A stretch of 63,461 bases of DNA, counting the filler, from Chiloscyllium plagiosum (taxonomy: Eukaryota), in the NCBI RefSeq assembly GCF_004010195.1. It is 4 parts of one record of this genome, joined end to end, with 100 filler letters (N's around TTAATTAATTAA, not from the genome) between each part and the next. Parts side by side here need not be neighbours in the genome. Positions count along the whole stretch, not along the records: positions 1 to 30,087 come from NC_057711.1; positions 30,188 to 45,271 come from NC_057711.1; 2 more parts are not named here. One strand, 5' to 3'. A model generated the notes under the pieces. That model made no database searches, was not told the DNA's origin, and worked only from the letters and a program-made list of their open reading frames with translations. Shown here one piece after another: positions 25,055 through 37,655 of this stretch. The first letter of the stretch is position 1, and each line of letters begins with the position of its first letter. The position numbers and the translations under genes are program-made.

Positions 25055-25345
25055 ATAATGTCATTAGACTAGCAATCCAGAACACCAGACCAATGGTCTG
25101 GATCCATGGGTTTGAATGCCATCATGACTAATGGTGAAATTTGAATTTAATTTTAAAAAATACTCAAATAAAAGTTAATCTAATGACAAGTATATAGCCA
25201 CTGTCAATTATTTTTAAAAATCTGGTTAATGGATGTCCTTTAGTAAAAGAAATCTTTATTTGGTCTGGCCTACTTACAGCTGCAGCCCCTTGGGGTAATT
25301 AGAGATAGGCAATAAATGCAGGCCTATTTACCACAAGTTAACAAA
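25055..25345 (+). mobile_element. Decayed copy of the same SINE
   Basis: gggtttgaatgcc, tggtctggcctac, ggcaataaatgcagg. Confidence 0.6.
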
Positions 25346-26000
25346 ATAGAAGGGTTGAATGCAGAAGAAGTCAAAAATACAAATTTCATCTTCCTGATGG
25401 AGAGTTGGCTTTTGTTTGAGCCTCACTGCTGTTACATTCAAGTTTTTGGATGTGTCACAGAAGGAACCAATGTGTTCACCTTTCATGGAAACCAAAAGGG
25501 AGCATATACATTAAGAAATCCAAGAACACCGCTGGAGATTAAGCAGCTGGATGTAAACATTAATACATATTTGTGGGAAGACTGAACATCAGGAGATATG
25601 GAGTAAAAGTCTAACTACATTTGTTCTAATAGCAGCTTGTGGGCTGGTGTGTAAGTAACATCATTATAACATCAGATGTTCTCTCTTACCACCTACTGTA
25701 AATAGTTTTAGTTAATGAAGGGTGTTGATGTTACTAATGTGGATAAGGATTACCAGTAACTCAGGCCCCCGATCTTGTCATTATTCCAGCAGAACTCAGT
25801 GCCTATCAGGCAGGTGGACTATAGTTTGGGGTGGCAGGAGGCCACTGCTAGGGAATGCATAATAATCCCTAGCAGTCAAATAAATGATGAACAAAAGGCT
25901 CAACAAAATCCTTAATATTAAAATTTATATTTTTCTTAAGCAGAAATGTTGCTGAAATCATTTTGGTCAAAGTTATTTTGTATTTTTTGCTGCATAACAG

Positions 26001-26148
26001 GATTGGAAATATTAACATCAGAACTGCTCTCAGTACAACTACTTATCTTGCTAAGGAACAGGATAATGATGTATGGTATGCAGCTTTTCATTACTTCAGC
26101 AGACTTGAAAAAGTAATAAGGACCACCTACACATTTGGACTTTACAAG
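26001..26148 (+). CDS. LVRN: Internal coding exon (148 bp) of the M1 aminopeptidase (C-terminal helical domain)
   Basis: Acceptor taacag and donor gtatta. Encodes IGNINIRTALSTTTYLAKEQDNDVWYAAFHYFSRLEKVIRTTYTFGLYK with the TALxxTxYLxxE...W motif. Phase continues from the 56-bp exon. Confidence 0.88.
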
Positions 26149-28984
26149 GTATTAAATATCCTTATATTCTATTTTTACAACCAACAATATAATGTTTTAA
26201 TTAAGTAGTCTGTTTGTAGTTGTGCTCAATAACTTAATCCTCTAATTAGGGATGATTTTAACTTCTGTGTTTAAGGGAAATGAAAACTGGAGAGGTGTTA
26301 CAGGAAAGCTGAGCAATGACTTGTGTTGTGTACTGCCACCAAAATTTCATGTGATTGCACTGGATCCAAAGAACTGCTCCTCATAAGATGATCAAGACTG
26401 TGACTTGGAATGTCTTGTTGTCAGGATTGAAAAATAGACCCTCAGAAAAGTGAACATCCAAAGAAATTAATAGTTTGAATTTTTTTTTGGAGAATGATAA
26501 AGTGAGCCAGTCAGAGAGAATATAAGAGCAATTAAGAAATTCTCACAATGATGGGGGGGTAGGGTAGGGAGATCATTCATGAATATTTTCGAAATAGGTA
26601 TCAAGTTTGCATTGGCCATTATCTAAAGTGTGAAAACTTTTTGAAGGTAACATTTAAAGGAAGTTTTCAAAGATGTAGATAAAGAGGGAGAAAGAGAATG
26701 ATAATGTTAGTCAACATTAAGTTGAAAACAGGAGGCTTCTGTCGTGGAACAGCATAAGACCACAAAACATAGAGAAATGGACAGAGGAACTGCCTTTCAG
26801 CAGATTATCACTTCTATTGGGTCAAATTGGACAAAGATTAAACGCTAAAGAATAAATATGATTTGCTTTATTAAACAATTCACCCAATCTGGACAGAGAC
26901 ACACTGCGTGGGCAGGGATGGGAGCTGAGATTCTCTCAGCGAATCCAGAACTTCAAGTCTTCCCCAGATGTTTGGAGGTTTACCTCCCAGTTTTTTTCTG
27001 GTAGTCAGATGAGTGACAAACTTGACTTCCATCCAGACATGGAATAATGGGGGTCACAGTAGCAAGTAATGGGGATTGCAACTGCTCCTGGAAAACAGAG
27101 AAGAGGTGTCATTCTCTATGTCATCAGGCATACTTTGCACACTTTAAAAGCTTCTTTGTGTAGAAACACACACAAACATGAGCCTCCAAAACCAACAATG
27201 ACAGTTTCAGTCTGTTACAACATTGGATTACAAATGTGTCCCCACGCTTTATGCCCTCTACCCATGTACAATTAGATATTCAATTAACATATAATTAGCA
27301 GGGTAATGGAGGGTCAGAGGATGAATTTTCTTTTAAGACCCTGAGAAGGCAGCCCAAGGGGCATTTGAATCCAGCCTTATTCAAATATTTAAATAGTCGA
27401 TCCACTTCCTGTGAGGGATTAACTGCCCATGAACACTGGAGATAGGTTGGTTCGAACTGGGTTCAAGCTTCATAAATTGTAACAATTCACCCAGTCATAA
27501 TACTGTATAGGGCAATTGCCCTGAAAGGGTTTAATCAGTTGCATTGGAATAGCTACACTCACTGAAATGTAAATGACTATCTCTGACGTGCTAGGGAGTA
27601 TAAGGTAGTTTGTGTGTTGTTAGTGGTTAGCCAGTTACACTGACGATAGCATAGACTTAGTTACTATCTGTTAGATGATAATAATGTCTCTTACCTAGTG
27701 TTAATATGGTTAACCTGCCTTAAATGAATATAATCTCTTACCATATTAGCATATGCTAATTCTTATAATCACATACATGATTCTTCCACCAAAGATTTAC
27801 TAGTGATTTATCATTTATTATTTAATACTGGTAAGTAGTTCCCTGTGACTTTCAGACATGGCCATTTTCTTCAAATACATGCAGTTATACACTAACATTT
27901 CCACTCCCATGACTGTTCGATGCTCTCCATTATGATAAGCTGGCTGTCACTCTCTCTTCACTATGAAGCAGTGCAAGCCACAGAAGCTGACAGACTCCAA
28001 TGTGTGTGGGTATCTAAGAAATGTCGTTCGGAGACATATGATGCAGCCTGTGCAGATACATGAGATCCCTCTGAGTCCTTATGTAGAAAGTGACCTGGCA
28101 GAACTATGCATACCATAAGTGTCCCTGAGCTATAAAGTGAAGGTCTGAACAGTTGAAGTGATGCAGGAGTTGTTTTGAGGAAGGGTAACATGTTAAGGCT
28201 GGTGGTTTGTCGATGCCAATGCATGAAGGGTGGAAAAAGGCAGTGTCATGGATCAAGTAGGAATGTTGCGAGTTAGATGATGACCCAGATAAATAAGCAG
28301 CGATAGGCAGAGTTCAATTCCAGATCAATAATTAGCAGCACCTCTGAAGAGGGAAAGATAATTATCATTTCAGATTGGTGACCCAATTTCAAAATGTCAT
28401 TGATCTGAAAGATGGGCCAGAATCTTAAGTGTCCCCACCCTCCCCTCGGAGTAGGCTGAAGGTGGAGTACGTAAATTCTGACAGCACGGGGTGGCAGAAT
28501 ATTTATCAGGCAGTCCGCCCTTAAGGCCCTTAAAGTAGGCAATTAATAGCCACTTAATAACATTCTCCCTCTACTGTTCGTATTTTACCAGTGGCAAGCC
28601 ATACCTATATCATATATGGAGCCAGCCAAGTAAATCCTGATATCCTGGCTGTGGATATAGGCTGGAATCCTCTTGTTCACACACCCTCTGCCAATCGAGG
28701 GCCCTCCTCTAACAACTTATCCATCCAGCTCAGCCTCCCAATCTTTGCACATCTACATGACCAAAGTTTTCCTAATGTCCCAGTAAAGTAAACCCATTTG
28801 TCTAGTCATTTGATGTTCACTGCTATTACTTGTTGAGGACCAATGACTGCCCCAACAGTAGCCAGTCATTCCAGTGGTACTCCTGAGAATGAAGTATGAC
28901 AACCTTCTCTGAGGGTCAGCAGTCATGACCTTCGGAATTAATTGCCTGATAATATAAAATACTGTGCTGGCTTCATGAACAGCT

Positions 28985-29810
28985 AGAACATAGAACATAG
29001 AACAAAACAGTGCAGTTCGCTCTTGATGTTATGCTGCCCTGTGAAACCAATTTGAACCCCATCCAACTACACTATTCCATTCTTGTCCATATACCTATCC
29101 AATGACCATTTAAATGCCTATAAAGTTCAATAGTCTACAATTATTGAAGGCAGAGCATTCCATCCCCCTACTACTCTCTGAGTAAAGAAACTACCTCTCA
29201 CATTTGTCCTATACCTGTCATCCCTCAATATGAAGCTATGCTCCGTCATGCTTTCCATCACAATCCTTGGAAAAAGGCTCTCACTGTCCACCCAATCTAA
29301 CCCTCTAATTATCATATATGTCTCAATTAAGTCACCTCTCAACCTTCTTCTCTCTAACAAAGACAGCCTCAAGTCCCTCAAACCTTCCTCGTAAAACCTT
29401 CCCTCCATACCAGGCAACATTCTAATGAGTCTCCTCGGAGCACTTTCCAAAGCTTTCTCATCCTCCCTATAATGCGGTGACCAGAACTGCATGCAATACT
29501 CCAAGTGTGGCCACACCAGAGTTTTGTACTGCTGCAGCATGACCTCATGGTTCCAAAACTCGATCCCTCTACTAATAGAAGCTAATACACTATATGCCTT
29601 CTTAAAGCCCTATCAACCTGAGTGGCAACTTTGAGGTATCTATGTACATGGACACCGAGATCTCTCTGCTCTTCTACACTACCAAGAACCTTACCATTCA
29701 CACAGTATTCTGCATTCCTGTTACTCCTCCCAAAGTAAATCACCTCACACTTTTCTGCAATAAACACCATTTGCCATCTCGCAGCCCAGCTCTGCAGCTT
29801 ATCTATTTCC
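28985..29810 (-). mobile_element. CR1 LINE 3' fragment with a (GTTCTAT)n tail
   Basis: ORF 29127-29540 LEYCMQFWSPHY; tagaacatagaacatagaac tail. Confidence 0.9.
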
Positions 29811-29812
29811 TG

Positions 29813-30600
29813 TGGTGGAGAGTTGTTTTTCAGACTGGAGGCCTATAAATTTGTAAATTGTAAATTTTTTCTGAACCCTTTCAAGTTTCACAACATCTTT
29901 CCGATAGGAAGGAGACCAGAATTGCACACAATATTCCAACAGTGGCCTAACCAATGTCCAGTACAGCCGCAACATGATCTCCCAACTCCTGTACTCAATA
30001 TTCTGACCAATAAAAGAAAGCATACCAAACGCCTTATTCACTATCCAATCTACCTGCGACTCCACTTTCAAGGAGCTATGAACCTGCNNNNNNNNNNNNN
30101 NNNNNNNNNNNNNNNNNNNNNNNNNNNNNNNTTAATTAATTAANNNNNNNNNNNNNNNNNNNNNNNNNNNNNNNNNNNNNNNNNNNNGGGGCTGTTTTCC
30201 CTGGAGCGTCAGAAGCTGAGGGGTGACCTTATAGAGGTTTATAAAATCATGAGGGGCTTGATTAGGATAAATAGACAAAGTCTCTTCCCTGGGGTTGGGG
30301 AGTCCCTAACGAGACGGCATAGGTTTCGGGTGAGAGGGGAAAGATATAAAAGAGACCTAAGGTGCAACGTTTTCACACAGAGGGTGGTACGTGTATGGAA
30401 TGAGCTGTCAGAGGAAGTGGTGGAGGCTGGTACAATTGCAACATTTAAAAGGCATCTGGATGGGTATATGAATAGGAAGGGTTTAGAGGGATATGGTCCG
30501 GGTGCTGGCAGGTGGGACTAGATTGAGTTGGGATATCTGGTCGGCATGGACGGGTTGGAATGAAGGGTTTGTTTCCATGTTGTACATCTCTATGACTTTC
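29813..30600. mobile_element. CR1 with an inverted 5' segment (minus 29857-30087; plus 30188-30600) across a gap
   Basis: The minus ORF LEYCVQFWSP...VQKKFT is followed after the gap by plus GLFSLERQKLRGDL through to the 3' tail. Confidence 0.8.
30088..30187. other. Scaffold gap with a TTAATTAATTAA linker (also 45272-45371 and 57965-58064)
   Basis: The same 44N + 12-mer + 44N structure occurs three times. Confidence 0.95.
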
Positions 30601-31680
30601 TGACTATGGCTTATTGTCTTTTCACGATCTACTATCTTTCAGACTTTTTCCTTGATATCATGTGTACAGGATTGAATTGACTGAAGACTATGATGCTGGG
30701 AGGTTCAGGGGAGTCTGAGATCAGTCTTCCACTCAGCATTTTTGGCTAAAATGTATGGCAAATGCTTCAGCTTTATCTTTCGCACTGATATGTTGGCCCA
30801 ACCCCTCATTCCGGAGAAACTTATCTGTGGAATCTCTTTCGCCAGTGTATAAATTAATCATTCATTCAATGCTGATTTGAGTAGAGTGTAAGGCTAAAGA
30901 TGTAGTTCATAGGATGTGGCATTTGAACATATATTCTTGACTTTGACAACTCTTGAGGTTATTGAGCCTCTTATTCTGCTGCATCAAAATTGTTGAGGTC
31001 TGATGCCTATTGTTGATGTCCATAGTTTTCTGATCCCCCTGCCTTTTGAACATTTGATCCCTCTCAACACAGGACATGTATCTCCCATACAACACCTTGC
31101 ACAACAAGTCCTCACTGCAACGTAGAAAAATATTTTGTATTTTGTTCAATCCCTCCCTGTTTTCCAGGTAAAATTCAATTCCTGTGCAAGTGCCAACACA
31201 CTCCAGGTACAATGCTCCTCCCTTTCAAAAGCTAGTTTATGCAGGCATTAAATCGCGCTCAGAAGTTATGATTTTAGAGTCCTAACTGTTGGATGTAAAC
31301 AAGTTTTGTGATATGTTCACACATATACTTGTTCTTTTTTTTCCATTTGGAGTGGAGAAGTGATGGAAGGAATCCAGGGCTGTTTGTTAACACTCATTGT
31401 GTCATCAACACTCCGAATCTGGTGTTAGATGCAATCAATGAAGAGAATGGTTAGCAGTGGTTGCATGCAAAAATCATTCAATTGACCAGTTTTTGTAAAA
31501 TTGGCATATTTCTTGCATTAAATTGTAAAAGCATATGTTAATTATACATTGTGATACCTACATTCATTTTTAAGGGCTGCCTAATTTAGTCCACAATTTA
31601 CTATTTTATGTCTTACTTGTAAACGAAGGTAAAACAATAGCTAATGGATAAATATATCAGGGCTGCAAGTTCCTGTTGGA

Positions 31681-32304
31681 TGGGGTATTGAGTATAAGAG
31701 TTGCCAAGTCATGTTAAAATTGTACAAGACATTGGTTCGGCCACATTTAGAATACTGTGTACAGTTCTGGTTACCACATTACCAAAAGGATGTGGACGCT
31801 TTGGAGAGGGTGCAGAGAAGGTTTACGAGGATGTTGCCTAGTATGGAAGGTGCTGGCTATGAAGAAAGGTTGAGTAGGTTAGGTTTATTTTCATTAGAAA
31901 AAAGGAGATTGAGGGAGGAAACCAGATTGAGATTTACAAAATCATGAAGGGTATAGACACGGTGGATACAGGCCAGCTTTTACCCAGGGTGAAGGATTCA
32001 ATAACGAGAGATCACGCTTTCAAGGTGAGAAGTGGAAAGTTTAAGGGGGATACACATGGCAAGTACTTCACACAGAGGGTGGTGGGCGTTTGGAACGCAT
32101 TGCCAGCAGAGGTGGTAGAGGCAGGCGCGGTAGATTCATTTAAGATGCGTCTGGATAAATGCATGAGTAGGTGGGGAGTAGAGGGATACAAATCCTTAGG
32201 AATTGACTGACAGGTTTAGACATTACATTTTGATCGGATCAGGCTTGGAGGGCCGAAGGGCCTGTTCCAGGGCTGTAAATTTTCTTTGTCCTTTGTTCTT
32301 TGTT
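31681..32304 (+). mobile_element. CR1 LINE 3' fragment with a (TTGTTCT)n tail
   Basis: LYKTLVRPHLEYCVQFWLPHY; FTQRVVGVWNALP. Confidence 0.9.
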
Positions 32305-32393
32305 CGTTGCATACATATTGTGCACAGCAAGATCCCATAAAGAATGGCTATTGTTTGTTGGTTAGCTCAGCTCACCTGGAGAAACTCAGATCT

Positions 32394-32928
32394 CCAGTGC
32401 TGGAGTACTGTGTGCAGTTCTGGTCAGCCTGCTATAGGAAGGATATTAATACATTGGAAAGGGTTCAGAAAAGATTTACAGGAAGTTGCAGGGAATGGAG
32501 GGTTTGACTTATAAGGAGAGGCTGGATAAACTTTGACTTTTTAACTAAAGCATAGGAAGTTGAGAGGGGATCTTATAGAGGTGTATGAAATCATGAGCGG
32601 CATGGATAAGGTGAAGAGCAAAAGTCTTTTCCCCTGGGTGAAGGTGTTCAATTCAAGATGGCATATTCTTAAGGTGAGAGGAGAAAGTTTTGAAATTAAC
32701 ATGAGGGGCAACATTTTTACCGAGAGGGTGGTTTGTGTGTGGAGTGAGCCGCCAGAGGAAGTGGTGGATGCAAGTACCATAACAACATTTAAACGACATT
32801 TGGATGAATAGGAAAGGCTTGGAGTGATATGGGACAAAGGCAAGCAAATGAGACTAGTTAGTTTCGGAACATGGTTGTGATTAGTTTGACTATTTCCATG
32901 CTGTATGACTATATGACATTGACTCTAT
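32394..32928 (+). mobile_element. CR1 LINE 3' fragment
   Basis: LEYCVQFWSACY; RGDLIEVYEIM. Confidence 0.85.
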
Positions 32929-33571
32929 AAGTAAAAGTAAAATGCTCCTTCTTCTGGAAGGTGTGTTTAGGGCTCTGGAATGTGAGGAAGAAGGAAATGA
33001 ATAAACAAGAGTTGCATCTTTTGCAGTTGCATGGAAAGATGCTATGGGAGAATGAGGGAGCGTTATAGAAAGGAATGGTAACTTATTGTCACTTGTATTT
33101 ATGAAAATACAATGAAAAGTGTATAATGCACCTTAGTTTGGTGCCATTTTAATTGAAAAAATTATAAAAAGAAATAATTGAGACAAAGTTAAGACAAAGT
33201 TCATCTTTTGCTCCCTCCAAGTGCTCCTGAGTCTATGGACGGGTTGTGGGATGCTGCTGTCAAGCCACTCCTGAGGCCATCAACGCAAGGTTTTCCGGAC
33301 CGGATCCCTCATACTACCACAGCATTTCTGCCATAGCCAGGAGGAACAGACTGGTCCTACCCAGTCAGTACTGTAGCTGCCGCACCACCAGTAGGAGGAA
33401 TGGACCAGACCCACTAAGTCACCGACAAAGAAGCCTTCGCTCAAACTACCATCACCATGGCCATGACAAATGGACATCCAGATCCACCACACTGCCACTG
33501 CCACAGCAGGCCCTCACAACTGCCTTCTTCCAACATAGCCACAGAAAAGAGGAATGCATGGATTTTGGTAC

Positions 33572-34352
33572 AAAAGAGGTGTTGCCAGGTATGGACAGTT
33601 TGTGTTATAAAGAAAGGCTGGGACTTCTTTCACTGGATTAGATTATTAGATTAGATTACATTACAGTGTGGAAACAGGCCCTTCGGCCCAACAAGTCCAC
33701 ACCGACCCGCCGAAGCGCAACCCACCCATATCCCTACATTTACCCCTTACCTAACACTACGGGCAATTTAGCATGGCCAATTCACCTGACCTGCACATCT
33801 TTGGACTGTGGGAGGAAACCGGAGCACCCGGAGGAAACCCATGCAGACACGGGGAGAACGTGCAAACTCCACACAGTCAGTCGCCTGAGGCGGGAATTGA
33901 ACCCGGATCTCTGGCGCTGTGAGGCAGCAGTGCTAACCACTGTGCCACTGTGCCGCCCACTGGAGTGTAGGAGGCTGAGAGATGAACTGATAGAACTTCA
34001 TAAAATATTGAAAGGTACAGATAGAGTTCATGGTAGCTGTCTTTTCCCTAGGATGGGGGAATTTCAAGACTCGGAGGCACATTCTTAAGGTGAGAGGAGA
34101 GAGGTTTAAAAAAGACACGAGGGGCACATTTTTTACACAGAGGGTGGTTCACATGTGGAATAAATATTCTAAGGAAATGGTGGATGTGAGGACAATTATA
34201 ATGTTTAAAAGACATTTGAATACATACATGAATATGAAAGGTTTGGAGCCAGGAACAGGCCAGTGGGACTAGTTTAGTTTGGGATTATGTTCGGAATGGA
34301 CTGGTTGGACCAAATGGCCTGTTTCCGTGCTGTATAACTCTATGACTCTATG
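33572..34352 (+). mobile_element. CR1 LINE 3' fragment split by an HE1-type SINE
   Basis: LPGMDSLCYKERLGLLSL, then resumes as ECRRLRDELIE; tail ctctatgactctatga. Confidence 0.85.
33638..33957 (-). mobile_element. HE1-type SINE, full length, with a 7-bp TSD
   Basis: Reverse complement starts gggcggcacagtggcacagtggttagc; B box gggttcaattcc; (AATCT)n tail. cactgga occurs at 33631-33637 and 33958-33964. Confidence 0.9.
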
Positions 34353-34439
34353 ACCTTATAAGAAACAAAACCAAAGAACAATAAAGAATGCGGCTGGCCA
34401 GGTGAATGGAAGTGTAGAGGCTCAGGATCTCGAGTGCTT

Positions 34440-35850
34440 CCTACCCTGCTGCTGCTGCCATCTTGTCAAGAATAATGGAGGAGTAGACCAGAGTGTCCTT
34501 GCAGGATGCTAAGAGCAGAGGGAAGGTAAGATGTGTTTGGTGGTGGTACCCTCTTGGAGGAGGTGGTAATGCATGAGGATGATCCTTTAATTAAAGAGAC
34601 AAGTGAAGACAAGGGGAACCCTTCTTCCTGGGAAGGAGAAGGGATTGAGGGCATAAGTGCAAGAAATGGATTATATACGGTTGAAAAACTTGGTTAGCCA
34701 CATTAGGAGTATTGCTTGGTTCAGGAAAAAGATTTATCAGAGCAGTCCTGTGGAAGATGGCATCATTAGATGTGATGATGGCAAAGAAATTAAGAGAATG
34801 GAATGGAATCTTTGAAGGAAGCAGGATGTGAGAAGGTGTATTCGAAGTAACTGTGCGAGTTGGTGGACTAATAATGAATATTGGTGGACAGTCTATCCCC
34901 AGAATTGGAACGAGAGAAGTCAGGGAAGAGCCAGAGATGGATCAAGTGAAGATGAGTAAAGGATGGAAATTGGAGGCAAAGCTGCCTTTTCCAGTTCCAG
35001 ATGACAAAAGGAAGCAGTACTGAAGAGATCATTGACTTATAAGAGAAAGAGTTGGGGGTGGGACCTGAGTAGGACCAGAGCAAAGAATGTTCCATGCATC
35101 CCACAAAGTGACAGACATACTTGGGATCTGTGAGGGTATCCATAGCCACACCTTTGACTTAAAGAAAATGAAATGAGTTAAAAGAGAAATTGTGTAAGGT
35201 GAGAATGAGCTCAGCCAAGAGAAGGAGGATGGTAGTGGATGGAGTTGATACAGGCCTCTTTTCAAAGAAAAAGCAGATTACAATGATGGAAGATAGATAT
35301 GTAGATGATTACACATCCATGGTGAAGAAGAAGTGTCTCGGAATAGAGAACTGCAAGTTGTGGAATTGACGTAAAGTGTCAGAAAAGTTATGAATGTATG
35401 TGGGGAGAGATTGAAGAAGGGGGAAAATAGAATAAAGAAAAGAAGTAACTTCAGTGAGTCAGAAACAGACTTAAATGATGGGTCTGCCAAGGCAGTCTTG
35501 TGTAGTAATTTTGGAAAGACAGTAGAAATTAGCTGTGTGGTGTTGGGGAGCTATGAGAGAAGCAGCTATGGAGACTAGATGCCCAGAAGAGATGAGGTCA
35601 ATGACAATCCTAGAAATTATAACCTGATGTTGAATGGTCGGGTCATGATTCTGTGAGAGATAGGAGGAAACAGGCTAGGAGTTAATGTTCAGCTTCTGTT
35701 AGTTAAAGGTCAGCACTGCAGATCATAACAGCACCACCCTTATTGGCAATATTGGTAACAAAGCCAGGTTTGGATCTGAGAGAAAGGAATGCAGCAAGTT
35801 CAGAGGGAGGCAGCTTAGAGTGGGTGAGGGAAGCATAGAAATCAAGGCAG
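34440..35850 (-). mobile_element. Decayed Penelope-like element RT region
   Basis: ANKGGAV (ADKGGAV-like) and AMDTLTDPKYVCHFVG (GVAMGTxxGPxYACLF-like) remnants. Confidence 0.7.
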
Positions 35851-35904
35851 CCAATGTCATCTTGACATTTCTCAATGAATATCGTTTGTTGACACTGGAA
35901 GGGC

Positions 35905-37083
35905 AAAGTTGATTGATGAGAGAAGGGCTGGAGATGTCATATACATGGACTTCAGGAAGGCATTTGATAAGGTTCCCTGTGGTAGGGTGATGGAAAAAGT
36001 GAAGTTGCATGGGGTCCAGGATGTCCAAACTAGATGGATAGAGAACTGGCTGGGCAGCAACATATTGAGAGTAGTAGCGGAAAGGAGTTTCTCAAAATGG
36101 AGAAATGTGACCAGTGGTGTTCCCCAGTGATCCATGTTGGGATCACTGTTGCATGTGATATACATAAGTGATCTGGAGCAAGGTATAGGTGGTCTAATTA
36201 GCAGTTTGCAGATGACACTAACATTGGTGGAGTAGCAGAGAATGCAGCAGAATATAGATAGATTGAAGAGCTGGGCAGAGAAATGGCAGATAGAGTTCAA
36301 TCCAGGCAAATGTGAGGTGATGCATGTGGGAAGATCCAATTCAATAGCAAACTATATGGTAAATGGAAAAACCCTAGGAAAATTGAGGGAAAAGACGTCT
36401 GGATGTTCAGGTCCAATGTACCCTGAAGGTGGCAATGCAGATCGATAGAGTGATCAAGAAGACATATGGCAAGCTTTCTATGATCAGACAGGGTATTGAG
36501 TACAAAAATTGGCAGGTCATGTTACAGTTATACAGGATTTCGTTTTGGCCACATTTGGAATACTGCATTCAGTTTTGGTCACCACATTACCAAAAGAATG
36601 TGGATGCTTTGGAGAGGATGCAGAGGAGGCTCACCATGATGTTGCCTGGTATGGAGGGCACTAGCTCTGAAGATAAATTGAGTAGATTAGGATTATTTTC
36701 ATTAGAAAGACGAAGATTGAGGTCTACAAAATCATGAGAGGTATAGACAGGGTCAATAGCAAGAAGCTTTTTCCCAGAGTGGGGTCTCCATACTAGGGTT
36801 CATGACTTCAAGGTGAGACGGGAAAAGTTTAAGGGAGATATGTGTGAAAAGTTCTTTATGCAGAGTGTCTTGGTGCCTGGAATGCATTGCCAGCAGAGGT
36901 GGGAGAGGTGGGCATGATATCGTCATTTAAGATATATCTAGACAGATACATGAATGGCAGGGAGCATAGGGATACAGATCCTGAGGAAATAGATGACAAG
37001 TTTAGATAGAGGATCTGGATTGGCGCAGGTTTGCAGGACCGAAGGGCCTGTTCCTATGCTGTAATTTTCTTTGTTCTTTGTTC
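35905..37083 (+). mobile_element. CR1 LINE RT to 3' end
   Basis: DVIYMDFRKAFDKVP, TSGVPQ, LEYCIQFWSPHY; (TTGTTCT)n tail. Confidence 0.9.
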
Positions 37084-37094
37084 GTTGTACTCTA

Positions 37095-37655
37095 AGGCCC
37101 CTAAACACTAGCTGTAGAATGGGCCAGAGAATAAATCAAGAAATAATGGGGGAATGTATTAAAAGCAATATGCTAATCATGGGTGACATAGACTTCATGG
37201 AGATTAGAAGAGTCAGATTAATAGAAATAGCCATGAGGAATAGAGTCCATTCAGAACAGTTTCCTAGAATAATATGTTATGGACTAAACCAGGGAGCAGA
37301 CTATTTGGATCTAGTGATGTATGATGAGGCAGGTTTAACAAATGATGTCACAATAAAAGGATCCCCCAGAAAACAGTGTGCGTAACATGGTAGAATTTAG
37401 CTTTCAGTTGAGAGGGAGGAACTTGGGTTGGAAACAATTGTGCTAAACTTAAATTAATTACAAAGGAATGTGGATGGAGTGGACTGGGGAAGGAGTTTGG
37501 CAGTAAAGACAGTTACTGAATGATGGCAGATATTTAAGAAAATAGTTTATGGCTCAAACAATGATATATGTGAAGAGAAAGGATCCTAAGAAGGGGATAA
37601 GCTAACCATTGCTAATCAGGTAAATTAAGGACAGTATCAAATTGAAAGAAAAAAA
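37095..37655 (+). mobile_element. Old CR1 endonuclease-region fragment
   Basis: LIMGD- and LDLV-like remnants. Confidence 0.55.

Noticed and set aside
27940..28950. Possible Harbinger transposase or MITE remnants
   Set aside because: Resemblance too weak to support without a profile search.
30132..30143. TTAATTAATTAA motif occurring three times (also 45316-45327 and 58009-58020)
   Set aside because: Always centred in 44N+44N. It is a six-frame-stop scaffolding linker, not biology.
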